Origin: Sulfurimonadaceae bacterium
GTDB taxonomy: Bacteria > Campylobacterota > Campylobacteria > Campylobacterales > Sulfurimonadaceae
Direction of reading: 5' to 3'
NCBI GenBank assembly: GCA_041571435.1
Contig: JBFFUI010000002.1
Coordinates: forward strand, 1-64,000
Length of the DNA: 64,000 nucleotides
The notes beneath the pieces are model-generated. The model saw only the letters and a list, made by a program, of their open reading frames with translations. It did not search any database and was not told where the DNA came from. Shown piece after piece: positions 1-10,403 of this stretch (positions within the stretch are counted from its first letter, which is position 1; each line of letters begins with the position of its first letter). A program made the position numbers and the translations under genes.

Positions 1-1
1 A

Positions 2-880
2 ATCCTGGCCGGCGGCAGCGGCACACGTCTTTATCCGATAACCAAAGGGATCTCGAAACAGTTAGCACCCATCTACGACAAACCGATGATCTACTATCCG
101 CTCTCAGTACTGATGCTTTCGGGCATCACCGAAGTACTGATCATCTCAACACCGCAGGACCTTCCCCGTTTTGAAGAGCTCCTGGGTGACGGTTCGGATA
201 TCGGGATGCAGTTTAGCTATGAAGTCCAGCCCTCTCCTGATGGACTGGCACAGGCCTTTATCATCGGTGAGGAGTTTATCGGAGACGATGATGTCTGTCT
301 CGTTCTGGGTGACAACATCTTCTACGGGCACGGTCTGACGCAGATGCTGGCCAATGCCGTGACCAATGCGACAGAAGCACAAAAAGCGACGGTGTTCGGC
401 TACTATGTCAATGACCCCGAACGTTATGGTGTTGCCGCATTTGATAGTGAAGGCAATGTCACCAGTATCGAAGAGAAACCGGAAGTTCCGAAGAGTAATT
501 ATGCTGTCACCGGTCTCTACTATTACCCCAACAATGTTGTCGAGATCGCTAAAAACGTCAAGCCGTCAGAGCGTGGCGAGCTTGAGATCACCACCGTCAA
601 TCAGGCCTATCTTGAAGACAGTGCTTTGAAGATGGAGCTTATGGGCCGCGGGTATGCCTGGCTTGATACGGGGACACATGAGTCATTTTTGGAAGCCTCC
701 AACTTCATCCAGACCATCGAGAACCGTCAGGGGCTCAAAGTCGCCTGTATCGAGGAGATCGCTTACGAGATGGGCTACATCACAAAAGAGCAGCTGATCA
801 AGCTGGCACAGCCGCTCAAAAAGAACCAGTACGGCCAGTACCTGATCCGCCGTGCAAATGAAGGGACGATGCTTCGATGA
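2..880 (+). CDS. rfbA: Glucose-1-phosphate thymidylyltransferase (5' end truncated by window edge)
   Basis: Frame open from base 2: [12 protein letters not shown]...[28 protein letters not shown] and WLDTGTHES motifs. Confidence 0.97.
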   Translation: MLAGGSGTRLYPITKGISKQLAPIYDKPMIYYPLSVLMLSGITEVLIISTPQDLPRFEELLGDGSDIGMQFSYEVQPSPDGLAQAFIIGEEFIGDDDVCLVLGDNIFYGHGLTQMLANAVTNATEAQKATVFGYYVNDPERYGVAAFDSEGNVTSIEEKPEVPKSNYAVTGLYYYPNNVVEIAKNVKPSERGELEITTVNQAYLEDSALKMELMGRGYAWLDTGTHESFLEASNFIQTIENRQGLKVACIEEIAYEMGYITKEQLIKLAQPLKKNQYGQYLIRRANEGTMLR

Positions 881-1449
881 CATTCACACGCACAAAGATA
901 CCTGATGTTGTTATCATCGACCCGCAACTTCACGGCGATGAACGCGGTTACTTTGTAGAGACCTTCCGCCAGGACAAGCTCGAAGCCTTTTTGGGGTTCA
1001 AGGTCGACTTCTGCCAGGACAACGAGTCCAAGTCCAGCAAAGGTGTACTGCGCGGTCTACACTACCAGCTTCATCCGGCCGCACAGACAAAACTTGTCCG
1101 TGTCATCCAGGGCAAAGTGCTTGATGTCGCCGTAGACATCCGCGAAGGAAGCCCGACATTCGGCCAGCATGTCGCCGTACTGCTCAGCGGTGAGAACAAG
1201 CGCCAACTTTTCGTACCGAGGGGGTTTGCACACGGTTTTGTCGTCATGGAAGACGACACGATTTTCACCTATAAAGTCGATAACTACTACTCACCCGAAA
1301 ACGACAGAGGCCTAGCGTTTGACGACCCGGCACTGAAGATCGACTGGCTCCTTGAGAAAAATGAGCTTAAGCTCTCAGAGAAAGACACCAAGCAGCCCTC
1401 TTTGGACAAAGCGACTCTGTTTGACAGCAAGGTCGACCTCTATGCCTAG
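877..1449 (+). CDS. rfbC: dTDP-4-dehydrorhamnose 3,5-epimerase
   Basis: [33 protein letters not shown] motifs; ATGA overlap with rfbA. Confidence 0.97.
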   Translation: MTFTRTKIPDVVIIDPQLHGDERGYFVETFRQDKLEAFLGFKVDFCQDNESKSSKGVLRGLHYQLHPAAQTKLVRVIQGKVLDVAVDIREGSPTFGQHVAVLLSGENKRQLFVPRGFAHGFVVMEDDTIFTYKVDNYYSPENDRGLAFDDPALKIDWLLEKNELKLSEKDTKQPSLDKATLFDSKVDLYA

Positions 1450-2311
1450 ATCTATCTTAGTCACCGGAGCCAACGGACAGCTGGGTTCTGAACTGCACCT
1501 TCTTGCACAAGGCCAAAGCAGCGACGATTTCACCTTTATAGACAGGCAGACACTGGACCTCTCTTCGCAAACTGCCATAGAGGACTATTTTGACGGCAAG
1601 CAGTTTGATATTATTATCAACTGTGCCGCCTACACGGCTGTCGACAAGGCTGAGTCTGACGAGGAGCTGGCGTTTGCGATCAACCATAAAGCCGTTGAGA
1701 CGCTTGCCCACATCGCCAAAGCCAAAAACATAGCGCTCATACACATCTCAACCGATTATGTCTTTGACGGCAGTAATTTCAAACCCTATATCGAGAACGA
1801 TCCCACCAACCCGCAGAGCAGTTACGGCGCAAGCAAACTTGCCGGCGAAGAGACCCTTCTCTCGATCAACCCTGCCAACACGATCATCATCAGGACATCC
1901 TGGGTCTATTCGACCTTTGGCAATAATTTTGTCAAGACGATGCTGAGACTGGGCAGAGAACGTGACGAACTCGGTGTCATCTTTGACCAAGTCGGAACAC
2001 CGACCTATGCAGGCGATCTTGCCAAAAGCATCCTGGAGATCATCCCTCAGCTCGACAATAAGAATGTCGAGATCTATCACTACAGCAATGAAGGGGTCTG
2101 TTCATGGTATGACTTTGCCAAAGCAATCTTTGAACGCGGTGGTATAGAGTGCAATGTCAAACCCATTGAGACCAAAGAGTACCCGACGCCGGCAACACGG
2201 CCGCACTACTCTCTGCTGAACAAATCAAAAATAAAAAACAGCTACACGATCACGATCCCCTACTGGCTGGATTCACTGACCGAAGCTTTAAACATGATGG
2301 AGAAGAAGTAA
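1442..2311 (+). CDS. rfbD: dTDP-4-dehydrorhamnose reductase
   Basis: ILVTGANGQLG, NCAAYTAVDKAE, HISTDYVFDG, YGASK; start moved to ATG 1442 (MPRSILVTG). Confidence 0.96.
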   Translation: MPRSILVTGANGQLGSELHLLAQGQSSDDFTFIDRQTLDLSSQTAIEDYFDGKQFDIIINCAAYTAVDKAESDEELAFAINHKAVETLAHIAKAKNIALIHISTDYVFDGSNFKPYIENDPTNPQSSYGASKLAGEETLLSINPANTIIIRTSWVYSTFGNNFVKTMLRLGRERDELGVIFDQVGTPTYAGDLAKSILEIIPQLDNKNVEIYHYSNEGVCSWYDFAKAIFERGGIECNVKPIETKEYPTPATRPHYSLLNKSKIKNSYTITIPYWLDSLTEALNMMEKK

Positions 2312-3318
2312 TGAAATCTATTTTAGTCACCGGTTGCGCCGGTTTCATCGGTTCAAATTTTGTGCCCTATTTCCTGGAAAAGTACCCGGAGTACTTCATC
2401 GTCAACCTTGACCTGCTGACCTATGCAGGGGACCTTGACAACCTCAAAGAGGTTGAAGGAAACCCTAACTACAAGTTTATCAAGGGCGACATCTGCAACC
2501 GGGAACTGGTCGAGTTCATCTTTAACGAATATGACATTCGAGGTGTTATCCACTTCGCGGCAGAAAGCCATGTCGACAACTCTATCAAAAACCCGGGTAT
2601 CTTCATCGAGACCAATGTCAACGGCACCTTTACGCTGCTTGATGTCGCACAGAAACAGTGGATGGAAAAACCGTTTGTCTACAAAGAGGATTACAGAGGG
2701 TGCCGCTTCCACCACATCTCCACCGATGAAGTCTACGGTACGCTGAACGAGACAGACCTTTTTACCGAAGAGACGCCGTACGCACCGAACTCACCCTATT
2801 CAGCTTCCAAGGCAAGCAGCGACATGATCGTGCGCTCTTACCAGGAGACCTACGGCATGAACACCGTCATCACCAACTGCTCCAACAACTACGGCCCGAA
2901 GCAGCATGACGAAAAACTGATCCCGACGATTATCAGAAAAGCACTGGCAGGACAACCTATCCCGATCTACGGTGACGGCAAGAACATCCGTGACTGGCTC
3001 TACGTCCTCGATCACTGTAAGGGGATCGACCTTGTCTACCATACGGGCAAAGAGGCGAACGTCTACAACATCGGCGGCCGAAACGAACGTACCAACCTCC
3101 AGATCGTCGATAGTATCTGCAGTATCCTCGATGAAAAGGTACCGAAAGATGGCTCCTACAAAGAGCTGATCACCTTCGTAGAGGACCGTGCCGGCCACGA
3201 CAGACGCTACGCCATCGACGCGACGAAGCTGGAGAACGATCTTGGCTGGAAAGCGGATGAGAATTTCGATACGGGAATCATCAAGACCATTGAGTGGTAT
3301 TTGGAGAAATATCAATGA
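2311..3318 (+). CDS. rfbB: dTDP-glucose 4,6-dehydratase
   Basis: TGCAGFIGSN, HFAAESHVD, HISTDEVYG, PYSASKA, DRAGHDRRYAID. Confidence 0.97.
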   Translation: MKSILVTGCAGFIGSNFVPYFLEKYPEYFIVNLDLLTYAGDLDNLKEVEGNPNYKFIKGDICNRELVEFIFNEYDIRGVIHFAAESHVDNSIKNPGIFIETNVNGTFTLLDVAQKQWMEKPFVYKEDYRGCRFHHISTDEVYGTLNETDLFTEETPYAPNSPYSASKASSDMIVRSYQETYGMNTVITNCSNNYGPKQHDEKLIPTIIRKALAGQPIPIYGDGKNIRDWLYVLDHCKGIDLVYHTGKEANVYNIGGRNERTNLQIVDSICSILDEKVPKDGSYKELITFVEDRAGHDRRYAIDATKLENDLGWKADENFDTGIIKTIEWYLEKYQ

Positions 3319-4505
3319 ACCAGATCCTCAGTCTAATAGGCCGAAGTAAAGAGCTATTTGCCCAAGATATCTCTCGCAACAACGATGCATTAAAAGACAT
3401 TGTCTCGTCATCATCTTTTCTGGTGATCGGCGGCGCCGGTTCAATCGGTCAGGCAGTGACAAAAGAGATCTTTAAACGTAACCCGAAAAAACTGCACGTG
3501 GTTGATATCAGTGAGAACAATATGGTCGAACTTGTCAGGGATATTCGAAGTTCATTCGGTTATATCGATGGTGATTTTCAAACATTCGCACTGGACATCG
3601 GATCAGTCGAATACGATGCTTTTATTGAAAATGACGGTAAATATGATTATGTCCTAAATCTCTCGGCACTGAAGCATGTGCGTAGCGAAAAAGACCCTTT
3701 TACTCTGATGCGCATGATCGATGTCAATATCTTTAATACGGACAAGACACTGCAGCAAGCCATCGACAACGGTACGAAAAAATATTTTTGCGTCTCTACC
3801 GATAAGGCTGCTAATCCTGTCAACATGATGGGGGCATCTAAGCGAATCATGGAGATGTTTGTGATGCGAAAATCGCAGCAGATCAAGGTTTCCATGGCCA
3901 GATTTGCCAATGTCGCTTTTTCTGACGGTTCATTGCTGCATGGTTTTAATCAACGGATAGAAAAGCGCCAGCCCATTGTCGCACCAAACGACATCAAGCG
4001 CTACTTTGTCACACCACAGGAGAGCGGTGAGCTCTGTTTGATGAGCTGTATCTTCGGTGAGAACAGAGACATTTTTTTTCCAAAGCTCAGTGAAGAGCTG
4101 CACCTCATCTCTTTTGCAGATATCGCCGTTAAATACCTTAAAGAGAAAGGTCTTGAACCTTACCTTTGTAAAGATGAAGACGAAGCGAGAGAGCTTGCTA
4201 GCACCCTGCCTGAACAGGGCAAGTGGCCATGTCTTTTTACATCGAGTGACACGACAGGTGAAAAAGACTTTGAAGAGTTTTTTACCGATAAAGAGACCCT
4301 TGATATGGACAGGTTTGAAAACCTCGGGGTCATCAAAAATGAAGCCCTGTTTGACGAAGAACGTTTAAATAAATTCGAAACAACAATCGGCGCATTAAAA
4401 GAAAGTAGAAAATGGTCAAAAGAGCAGATCGTTGAACTCTTTTTCAAGATGATCCCGGACTTTGGCCATAAAGAGACCGGTAAATACTTAGATGGTAAAA
4501 TGTAA
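3315..4505 (+). CDS. NDP-N-acetylglucosamine 4,6-dehydratase (LegB/LgaA-like)
   Basis: GGAGSIG Rossmann motif, SALKHVRSE, STDKAANPVNMMGASK, ARFANV; ATG 3315 overlaps rfbB stop; precedes a LegC-type aminotransferase. Confidence 0.85.
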   Translation: MNQILSLIGRSKELFAQDISRNNDALKDIVSSSSFLVIGGAGSIGQAVTKEIFKRNPKKLHVVDISENNMVELVRDIRSSFGYIDGDFQTFALDIGSVEYDAFIENDGKYDYVLNLSALKHVRSEKDPFTLMRMIDVNIFNTDKTLQQAIDNGTKKYFCVSTDKAANPVNMMGASKRIMEMFVMRKSQQIKVSMARFANVAFSDGSLLHGFNQRIEKRQPIVAPNDIKRYFVTPQESGELCLMSCIFGENRDIFFPKLSEELHLISFADIAVKYLKEKGLEPYLCKDEDEARELASTLPEQGKWPCLFTSSDTTGEKDFEEFFTDKETLDMDRFENLGVIKNEALFDEERLNKFETTIGALKESRKWSKEQIVELFFKMIPDFGHKETGKYLDGKM

Positions 4506-4507
4506 AT

Positions 4508-5647
4508 ATGTTTGAAAGTACCGTACAGTTTATTCAAAACGCCTACAACACGAAAGAGTTCTTGCCTCTTCATGAACCTGTTTTTTTCGGTAACGAAAAA
4601 AAGTACCTTAATGAGTGCATAGATTCGACGTTTGTCTCTTCGGTTGGAAAGTTTGTAGACCAGTTTGAAAAGATGGTAGCGGAGTATTGTGGGGCCAAAT
4701 ATGCCGTTGCAACGGTCAACGGCACTGCGGCACTCCATATCGCGCTAAAACTTGTAGGTACCGAGGACAATTGTGAAGTCATAACCCAGCCGCTGACATT
4801 CATAGCAACCTGCAATGCCATCAGTTACTGTAACGCGAAGCCCATATTTGTCGATGTTGACAGAGACACCATGGGGCTAAGTCCTGAAAGCCTGAAAGCT
4901 TTTTTGGCTGAAGAGACGCTCCAAAAAGACGGTGCCTGCTACAATAAGTCGACCGGGAAAAAAATAACAGCGGTCGTTCCGATGCACACCTTTGGGCATC
5001 CTTGCCGTATCGACGAGATAGCCGCACTGTGCGACGAGTACAACATCGCACTTGTTGAAGATGCTGCAGAGAGTCTAGGTTCATATTTTAAAGGTCAACA
5101 CACCGGTACCTTTGGAAAGATCGCGGCATTCAGTTTTAACGGCAACAAGACCATTACAACCGGGGGTGGGGGCATGATCGTCACCGATGATGAGACCTTG
5201 GCGAAACATGCCAAGCATCTCACAACCACGGCAAAAATTCCTCACCCTTATGAATATGTCCATGATGAGATCGGCTATAACTATCGTCTCCCAAACCTCA
5301 ATGCCGCACTAGGTTGCGCCCAGATGGAAACACTTGATGCCATCTTAAAAAACAAAAGAGAATTGGCAGGTCAGTACATAGACTTCTTTGTAACACAAAA
5401 TATTGACTTTGCAAATGAACTGCCGGACACAAAAGTAAACTACTGGCTCAATGCTGTTGTTTTAAAAGACAAGGAACAAAGAGATCTGTTTTTAAAAGAG
5501 ACCAACGACCGTGGTGTGATGACCCGCCCGATCTGGGCCTTGATGAACCGATTGGAAATGTTCAAAGAGTGCCAGAGCGCTAACCTATCCAACGCCGAAT
5601 GGCTGGAAGAGAGAGTGGTCAACATCCCGAGCGGGGTAAGACTGTAA
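4508..5647 (+). CDS. legC: LegC-family PLP aminotransferase (DegT/DnrJ/EryC1/StrS)
   Basis: LPLHEP, VSSVGKFV, NGTAALH, EDAAESLGS, SFNGNKTITTGGGG, GYNYRLPNLNAALG. Confidence 0.9.
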   Translation: MFESTVQFIQNAYNTKEFLPLHEPVFFGNEKKYLNECIDSTFVSSVGKFVDQFEKMVAEYCGAKYAVATVNGTAALHIALKLVGTEDNCEVITQPLTFIATCNAISYCNAKPIFVDVDRDTMGLSPESLKAFLAEETLQKDGACYNKSTGKKITAVVPMHTFGHPCRIDEIAALCDEYNIALVEDAAESLGSYFKGQHTGTFGKIAAFSFNGNKTITTGGGGMIVTDDETLAKHAKHLTTTAKIPHPYEYVHDEIGYNYRLPNLNAALGCAQMETLDAILKNKRELAGQYIDFFVTQNIDFANELPDTKVNYWLNAVVLKDKEQRDLFLKETNDRGVMTRPIWALMNRLEMFKECQSANLSNAEWLEERVVNIPSGVRL

Positions 5648-5683
5648 TGCTAAGTACTGAAGTACAATATAGAGAGGTACTAA

Positions 5684-6271
5684 ATGCCGAATCGTAAAAA
5701 GCTGATTCTTCTCGGCGGCGGCGGTCACTGCAAGTCCTGCATCGATGTTATTGAACAAGAAGGCAAATATAAGATTGCCGGTATTTTAGATAATGCAGAG
5801 CATGTTGGTCAAAAAGTATTAGGCTATGACGTTGTCGGCACCGATGCTGATATTGGTAAGTTCACAGATGAGGGGTGTGCTTTTTTAATCACCGTAGGAC
5901 AGATCAAAACATCTGCTATTCGTAAAAAACTTTTTTCCTTGCTAAGCAAGAACGATGCTCAAATGGCAACAGTAATCTCACCCCGTGCTTATGTCTCCAA
6001 GCATGCAGATATTGGTAAGGGTACGATTATTATGCATGATGCTTTGGTCAACACAGCTGCATCAATAGGTGAAAACTGTATAATCAATACAAAAGCATTG
6101 ATAGAACATGATGCCATTATCGAAGACTTTTGTCACATCTCTACCTCTGCTGTGATCAACGGAGGCGCTACCGTTCAAGAAGGGACATTTTTTGGCAGCA
6201 ATGCTGTAAGTAAAGAGGGTGTTGTCACAAGCAAAGATGATTTTATCAAAGCAGGAAGTATAGTAAAGTGA
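5684..6271 (+). CDS. NeuD/PglD-family sugar N-acetyltransferase
   Basis: LGGGGH N-terminal motif, hexapeptide repeats, IEHD catalytic motif. Confidence 0.88.
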   Translation: MPNRKKLILLGGGGHCKSCIDVIEQEGKYKIAGILDNAEHVGQKVLGYDVVGTDADIGKFTDEGCAFLITVGQIKTSAIRKKLFSLLSKNDAQMATVISPRAYVSKHADIGKGTIIMHDALVNTAASIGENCIINTKALIEHDAIIEDFCHISTSAVINGGATVQEGTFFGSNAVSKEGVVTSKDDFIKAGSIVK

Positions 6272-7131
6272 ATAAACGAATTGCTTTTTTAACAACTGTT
6301 TTTCCTATGAACAATGCCTATCTATATGACTTCTTTAATTCACTTCAAAAACAGACTAACAAAAACTTTGATGTCGTTGTAGTAAATGATGGTTATGAAT
6401 ATTTAGAGCAATTCAAACGAGAGTTTGGGAGCTTGAATATTATCGAACTTCAACATACTGATACACCGGCAAAAAATAGAGAATATGGTATAAATTACGT
6501 AAAAGACAATAATTATGATATTTTAATATTTGGAGACAGTGACGACTATTTTGATACCAACAGAATTCAGCTCTCGTTAGATATCTTGAAAGATTATGAC
6601 ATCGTCGTTAATGATCTTACACTGTTTAATGATAAAAAAGGCATTTACCACCAAAAGTATATTTCGAAGAGGATTAAAGATTCTACAGAAATAACACTGG
6701 ACTTTATTAAAGATAAAAATATCTTTGGATTATCAAATACAGCCGTAAACGTCTCTATATTAGACAATGTTCATTTTGATAAGGATCTGATTGCAGTAGA
6801 TTGGTATTTATACACAACTTTGTTGTTAAGAAATAAAACAGCAATCTTTACCAATAAGACCATAACCTATTATAGACAGTATGCAAATAATACAATCGGT
6901 ATCGGATCGAAAAGCATTCAATCTATCTTAAAAGGCATATCAATAAAAAATAAACATTACAGTTTATTGCGAAAAGAAAATACTATTTTTAAAGAGTTAT
7001 ATGAGAACATTGTTGAATTGAAGATGCAAGTTGAAGAACGAAACAGTGTTGAAGAATTCAGCATACAAAACATAGAGAATCCACTATGGTGGGAAGAAAT
7101 AAAGTTAATAAAAGAAGGAAATTCTGCATGA
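6268..7131 (+). CDS. GT-A (GT2-like) fold protein
   Basis: VVVNDG and FGDSDD (DxD) motifs, YYRQY; GTG start overlapping upstream stop. Confidence 0.75.
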   Translation: MNKRIAFLTTVFPMNNAYLYDFFNSLQKQTNKNFDVVVVNDGYEYLEQFKREFGSLNIIELQHTDTPAKNREYGINYVKDNNYDILIFGDSDDYFDTNRIQLSLDILKDYDIVVNDLTLFNDKKGIYHQKYISKRIKDSTEITLDFIKDKNIFGLSNTAVNVSILDNVHFDKDLIAVDWYLYTTLLLRNKTAIFTNKTITYYRQYANNTIGIGSKSIQSILKGISIKNKHYSLLRKENTIFKELYENIVELKMQVEERNSVEEFSIQNIENPLWWEEIKLIKEGNSA

Positions 7132-8189
7132 AAGTACAACTAACAAGTCAAAAAGAACTATATAATTTCTGTAGCCCCTATATAATTGCTGAACTTGGTT
7201 CGAATCATAACGGTAATATGGAATTAGCGAAAAAAATGATCATAGAGGCAAAAGAAGCAGGTGCAAACTGTGTTAAATTCCAAAGTTGGACAAAAGATAG
7301 TATCTTTGCTAAAAAGAAATATGAGGACAATTACTTTATTGCGGATGATTATCGAGATAGGACAGACTATACGCTTGAAGAGATAGTTGATGCCTATTCA
7401 ATTTCTGAAGACGAACTGCTAATGATGAAAAAATTTGCTGATGAAATTGGGATAGATTGTACATCTACACCTTTTAATAAAAAAGAAGCTGATTTTTTAG
7501 TAGAAAAAATGGATACACCTTTTATAAAAGTTGCTTCTATGGATTTGAATAACTATCCTTTTTTAGAATATCTTGCAAATAAAGGAAAACCCATAGTTAT
7601 ATCTACGGGACTTAGTGAACTTTATGAAATAGATAAAGCAGTAAAAACCATAGAAAACACAGGAAATCATCAGATAGTAATTTTACATTGTGTATCAACT
7701 TATCCACCCTTAGATAGTGACGTTCATCTAAATAATATAAAAACATTGATGGCAACATATCCAGAATATCCTATCGGTTTTTCTGATCATACGTTAGGAA
7801 CTGCTATACCTTTAGCATCAGTGGCATTAGGTGCATGTCTTATAGAAAAGCACTTTACACTGGACAAAAATATGGAAGGTTGGGATCATAAAGTTTCTGC
7901 AACAAAAGATGAAATGAAAGAGATTGTAGAGAACTCACGAAGAATTTCAGAAGCTATGGGTTCTTTTAGAATTACAACAACTGAAACAGATGAAAAGAAA
8001 AAAGAGTTCAGAAGAAGTATAGTCATCACCAGAGAGATGAAAAAAGGTGAGGTCTTACAAGCTGAAGACCTAGATTACAAACGACCTGGTGGTGGTTTTG
8101 ATCCTGGGATGACAGAGTTTATAGTGGGAAGAACAGTGAATAAAGATTTGAAATTTGATCATATTTTGACCAAAGAAGATATTGTTTAA
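7128..8189 (+). CDS. neuB: Nonulosonic acid synthase (NeuB/LegI family) with C-terminal SAF domain
   Basis: IIAELGSNHNG, VKFQ, KVASMD, LHCVSTYP, GFSDHT, IEKHFTLD, KRPGGG; start ATG 7128. Confidence 0.92.
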   Translation: MKVQLTSQKELYNFCSPYIIAELGSNHNGNMELAKKMIIEAKEAGANCVKFQSWTKDSIFAKKKYEDNYFIADDYRDRTDYTLEEIVDAYSISEDELLMMKKFADEIGIDCTSTPFNKKEADFLVEKMDTPFIKVASMDLNNYPFLEYLANKGKPIVISTGLSELYEIDKAVKTIENTGNHQIVILHCVSTYPPLDSDVHLNNIKTLMATYPEYPIGFSDHTLGTAIPLASVALGACLIEKHFTLDKNMEGWDHKVSATKDEMKEIVENSRRISEAMGSFRITTTETDEKKKEFRRSIVITREMKKGEVLQAEDLDYKRPGGGFDPGMTEFIVGRTVNKDLKFDHILTKEDIV

Positions 8190-8191
8190 CT

Positions 8192-8875
8192 ATGATTGCA
8201 ATTATCCCAGCAAGATGTGGTTCTAAAGGATTACCAGGTAAAAATATTAAAAATTTAAATGGCAAACCAATGATAGCTTATACCATAGAAGAGGCTTTGA
8301 AGTCTAAATATATCTCAGAGGTAATTATATCGACTGATTGTAAAGAGATAGAAGAAGTGGCTATAAGATATGGAGCTAAAAGTCCATTTTTACGACCTGA
8401 ACATTTAGCCAATGATAGTGCTAAAGCAATTGATAATTATATTTATACTATTGATAGGCTAAATAGTGAGTTTGGTTATGATATAAAAAACTTTATTGTT
8501 CTTCAACCAACCTCACCTTTGCGCAAAGCAGCAGATATTAATGGGGCAATAGAGCTTTTTAACGAAAAAAAAGCAGATAGTGTTATAAGTTATACTGAAG
8601 AGCATCATCCGATAGAATGGCACAAATATATCACCGAAGATGGAAAGTTTGAAAATATATTTGAAGAAAAACTTTTAAATCGTCAAGAGATCAAAAAGAG
8701 TTACTATCCAAATGGAGCCGTTTTTGTTTTTCAGTATGATTTGATACAACAAGGCAAATATTATAGTGATGAATCTTATGCTTACATTATGCCAAGGTTT
8801 CGCTCTGTAGATGTAGATACTCTAGATGATTTTAAGTATATAGAGTTTTTGATGAGAGGTCACGATGAACAATAG
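8192..8875 (+). CDS. neuA: CMP-nonulosonate synthetase (NeuA/LegF)
   Basis: IIPARCGSKGLPGKNIK, LQPTSPLR, SVDVDTLDDF. Confidence 0.93.
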   Translation: MIAIIPARCGSKGLPGKNIKNLNGKPMIAYTIEEALKSKYISEVIISTDCKEIEEVAIRYGAKSPFLRPEHLANDSAKAIDNYIYTIDRLNSEFGYDIKNFIVLQPTSPLRKAADINGAIELFNEKKADSVISYTEEHHPIEWHKYITEDGKFENIFEEKLLNRQEIKKSYYPNGAVFVFQYDLIQQGKYYSDESYAYIMPRFRSVDVDTLDDFKYIEFLMRGHDEQ

Positions 8876-9890
8876 ATTAGTACTAAATAGTCAAGCAAAG
8901 TTTAATGATGCGATTAAGTTACTTGATTTAAATGGAAATGGTGTGTTACCAGTAGTGGATGAAAATGAAAGACTGCTAGGGATTATTACAGACGGGGATA
9001 TAAGAAGAGCCATTTTAAATAACAACTTGGATTTAGAACATATTATCAATAAAAATCCCCATAAACTGCATATGGAAACTTCAAAAAATCATATAGTCAA
9101 TTATTTGAAAAAAATCCATCGAAGACATATCCCACTTGTAGATGATGATGACAAATTTATAAAAGTATTTACACTTGATGAGATAGATTTTAACCTCAAG
9201 CCAAACTGGGTAGTAATAATGGCAGGAGGTTTAGGTACGAGACTGGGAGAGCTTACCAAAGATACACCAAAACCTATGCTAAAAGTGGGTGCCAAACCTA
9301 TGATAGAGCATATTATAGATATGTTTGTCTCTCATGGCTTTACAAAGTTTATGCTTAGTGTAAATTATAAAGCAGAGGTGATTAAAGAATATTTTCAAGA
9401 TGGTAGTAAGTTTGGTATAGAAGTAAAGTATCTAGAAGAGAAAAAAAGGCTAGGTACAGGAGGGGCTTTGAGCCTGATAGATATTGAACTTGATGAACCT
9501 TTTTTTGTAACTAATGGGGATGTTCTTTCATCATTAGATTATGAAAAACTTTTAGACTATCACAAAGAGCAGCAATCAACTGCTACGATGTGTATTCGAA
9601 AAGATAGCTATCAAATACCTTATGGAGTTATAGAAGTAGATGATGAAAACAATATCGTTGCTATGAAAGAAAAGCCTATAGAAGAGTTTTTTATCAATAC
9701 TGGTATATACGTGCTAAATACAGAAGTACTAAGCTATGTACCAAAAGATGAGTTTTTTGATTTGCCTAGTTTATTTAATGTATTACAAAATAAGAATAAA
9801 ATTACTAAAAGTTTTGAGATTACTGATTATTGGATAGATATGGGTAAGCCAAAGGATTATGAAAAGATACAAAATGATTTTAGTAGGTAG
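8865..9890 (+). CDS. CBS-domain nucleotidyltransferase (PtmE/LegX/LgaF-like)
   Basis: N-terminal CBS pair (GIITDGDIRR), then MAGGLGTRL...PKPML, LGTGGAL, NGDV, YWIDMG. Confidence 0.88.
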   Translation: MNNRLVLNSQAKFNDAIKLLDLNGNGVLPVVDENERLLGIITDGDIRRAILNNNLDLEHIINKNPHKLHMETSKNHIVNYLKKIHRRHIPLVDDDDKFIKVFTLDEIDFNLKPNWVVIMAGGLGTRLGELTKDTPKPMLKVGAKPMIEHIIDMFVSHGFTKFMLSVNYKAEVIKEYFQDGSKFGIEVKYLEEKKRLGTGGALSLIDIELDEPFFVTNGDVLSSLDYEKLLDYHKEQQSTATMCIRKDSYQIPYGVIEVDDENNIVAMKEKPIEEFFINTGIYVLNTEVLSYVPKDEFFDLPSLFNVLQNKNKITKSFEITDYWIDMGKPKDYEKIQNDFSR

Positions 9891-9917
9891 TATAAATTTA
9901 TTATACGAGGACAAAAT

Positions 9918-10403
9918 ATGATAAAAGCTTTAATTGGAAAGATTTATTTTTTAATTGAAAATATAAGTTGGCAGTATAAATATGATCAATATAGAAAAAC
10001 TTATAATCTGTCTGATACTTTTAGATTTAATGGAATGAATATAAAATTTTATGGTAACGGTAAGATAATCATAGGAGATAATACTTATATTGGTGAATAC
10101 TCTTCTATTCAGTCATATGACAATTGTCAAGTTATAATAGGAGATAACTGTGCCATTAGCCACTTTGTAAATATATATACAATGAATAGAAATACAGAAG
10201 ATATCATTATGAACAAAACAAATATAAACAAGTCAATTGGCAATGTAGTTATAGGTAATAATTGCTGGATTGGAATAGGCGTTTTTATTAAGCAAAACGT
10301 TCAGATTGGTAATAATGTGGTTATTGGTGCGAATAGTGTGGTTACAAAAGATATACCTGACAACTCAATATACGTAGGTAATAAAGTTATTAAAAGTGTT
10401 TAA
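9918..10403 (+). CDS. Left-handed beta-helix acyltransferase
   Basis: Hexapeptide repeats IGDNTYIG, IGNNCWIG, IGANSVVTKDIP. Confidence 0.85.
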   Translation: MIKALIGKIYFLIENISWQYKYDQYRKTYNLSDTFRFNGMNIKFYGNGKIIIGDNTYIGEYSSIQSYDNCQVIIGDNCAISHFVNIYTMNRNTEDIIMNKTNINKSIGNVVIGNNCWIGIGVFIKQNVQIGNNVVIGANSVVTKDIPDNSIYVGNKVIKSV

